Shown piece after piece: positions 63,165 through 64,000 of a stretch of 64,000 bases of DNA. Source of the stretch: an uncultured Desulfobacter sp. GTDB taxonomy: Bacteria > Desulfobacterota > Desulfobacteria > Desulfobacterales > Desulfobacteraceae. Both the position numbers and the translations under genes were made by a program. The stretch lies in assembly GCA_963665095.1 (NCBI GenBank), contig OY762069.1, positions 3,072,001-3,136,000 of the forward strand. The letters run 5' to 3'. The notes below the pieces were generated by a model. That model was given only the letters and a program-made list of their open reading frames with translations, was not told the DNA's origin and ran no database searches. The first letter of the stretch is position 1; each line of letters opens with the position of its first letter.

Positions 63165-64000
63165 ATGACCGATATACCTAAAGTGCACATCCCGGCAGGC
63201 CGGTTCACTGTTCAGACACAGGCCGGCACGATATTTCAGGCCTGTCTGGGCACCTGCCTGGGCGTGGCACTGTATGACCGGGTCAAAAAAGCCGGGGGGC
63301 TGATTCACATTCTTCTTCCCGAACCTCTGAATTCCTCCTGTGATACAGTAGCACCTGAAAAATATGCATCCACAGGTCTTCCCATGCTGATCAATACCCT
63401 GACACAGATGGGATGCACCCCCGGGAACATGGAGGCTACCATTGCCGGTGGTGCCCTTGTGGGACCATTTTCCCGCCTGGACATGGGTCTGGACATCGGG
63501 GGGAGGTCTGCAGACATTGCCCGACGCATTCTGGAAGACCAGGGGATCTCTATCATTCAGTCGGAAACCGGTGGTTTTTTTACCTGCACCCTTGAACTGA
63601 ACATGAAAACAGGCCAGGCTGAAATTTTTCCGTCTATAGAGGGCGTTTTTACAGATAAACCAGTGGATAGCAGTCCCATAAATCCCAGGGCAATCCTGTC
63701 GACCATGAAGAAGCTGAAGCCCATTCCCCAGACCGCCCTGAAAATATTAAGAATGTTCAACCAGGACCGGTGCAGTATAGAGGATATAACCCAGGAGCTG
63801 TCCAGGGACCAGGTACTTTCGGCCCAAACTTTAAAAATCTGTAACTCCGCTTTTTTTTCCGGTGCCTTAAAAATCGACACGCTTAAGGATGCCGTGCTGG
63901 TCATGGGCAAAGAGATGCTGGTCAAAACAGTAATTACAGCTGCTGTTGAAAAATACTTTGATCAGCTCAGCCCATCCGGCTATTCCCTGTGTAAAGGCGG
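63165..64000 (+). CDS. CheD-HDOD fusion protein (runs off the window)
   Basis: Frame read from ATG 63165: LGTCLGVALYD...GGLIHILLP and IAGGA (CheD), then LKPIPQTALKI...DQVLSA..LKICNS (HDOD). Confidence 0.82.
   Translation, partial: MTDIPKVHIPAGRFTVQTQAGTIFQACLGTCLGVALYDRVKKAGGLIHILLPEPLNSSCDTVAPEKYASTGLPMLINTLTQMGCTPGNMEATIAGGALVGPFSRLDMGLDIGGRSADIARRILEDQGISIIQSETGGFFTCTLELNMKTGQAEIFPSIEGVFTDKPVDSSPINPRAILSTMKKLKPIPQTALKILRMFNQDRCSIEDITQELSRDQVLSAQTLKICNSAFFSGALKIDTLKDAVLVMGKEMLVKTVITAAVEKYFDQLSPSGYSLCKG

Overview
This is a chromosomal segment of an anaerobic deltaproteobacterium, probably Desulfobacteraceae-like (inferred from the EtfAB/Fe-S oxidoreductase cluster, DVU0524-flgM, DUF3786 and CheD-HDOD). 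Both flanks are mostly housekeeping genes: etf/fadF/fadR, fba, flgM, mazG-cvpA, phoH-HD-ybeY-pdxJ, rpsA, uvrBC, thyA, gpgP-gpgS-phosphorylase, tag, nnr, tsaE, lysC, pyrF and ilvN. The centre (about 26.8-47.0 kb) is a defence-type island. A type I Wadjet system is split there: jetABC (41745-46970) lies about 13.7 kb from jetD (26848-28050). The intervening, visibly AT-richer block holds the best candidate for an undescribed system. A sigma-54 activator with an unrecognised sensor domain faces a -24/-12 promoter. That promoter would drive an operon of an extra DnaB with intact motifs, a shortened DnaE lacking its catalytic residues, a metallophosphoesterase, a PD-(D/E)XK-like nuclease and a beta-CASP MBL nuclease. 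Two toxin-antitoxin pairs follow. Other observations: an apparent in-frame deletion in jetC, a 144-bp MITE whose target duplication coincides with a sigma-28 -35 box, and two single-base frameshifts that are probably sequencing errors. No rRNA, tRNA, CRISPR array, integrase or transposase was seen. All family assignments come from motif recognition by eye, not from database searches.
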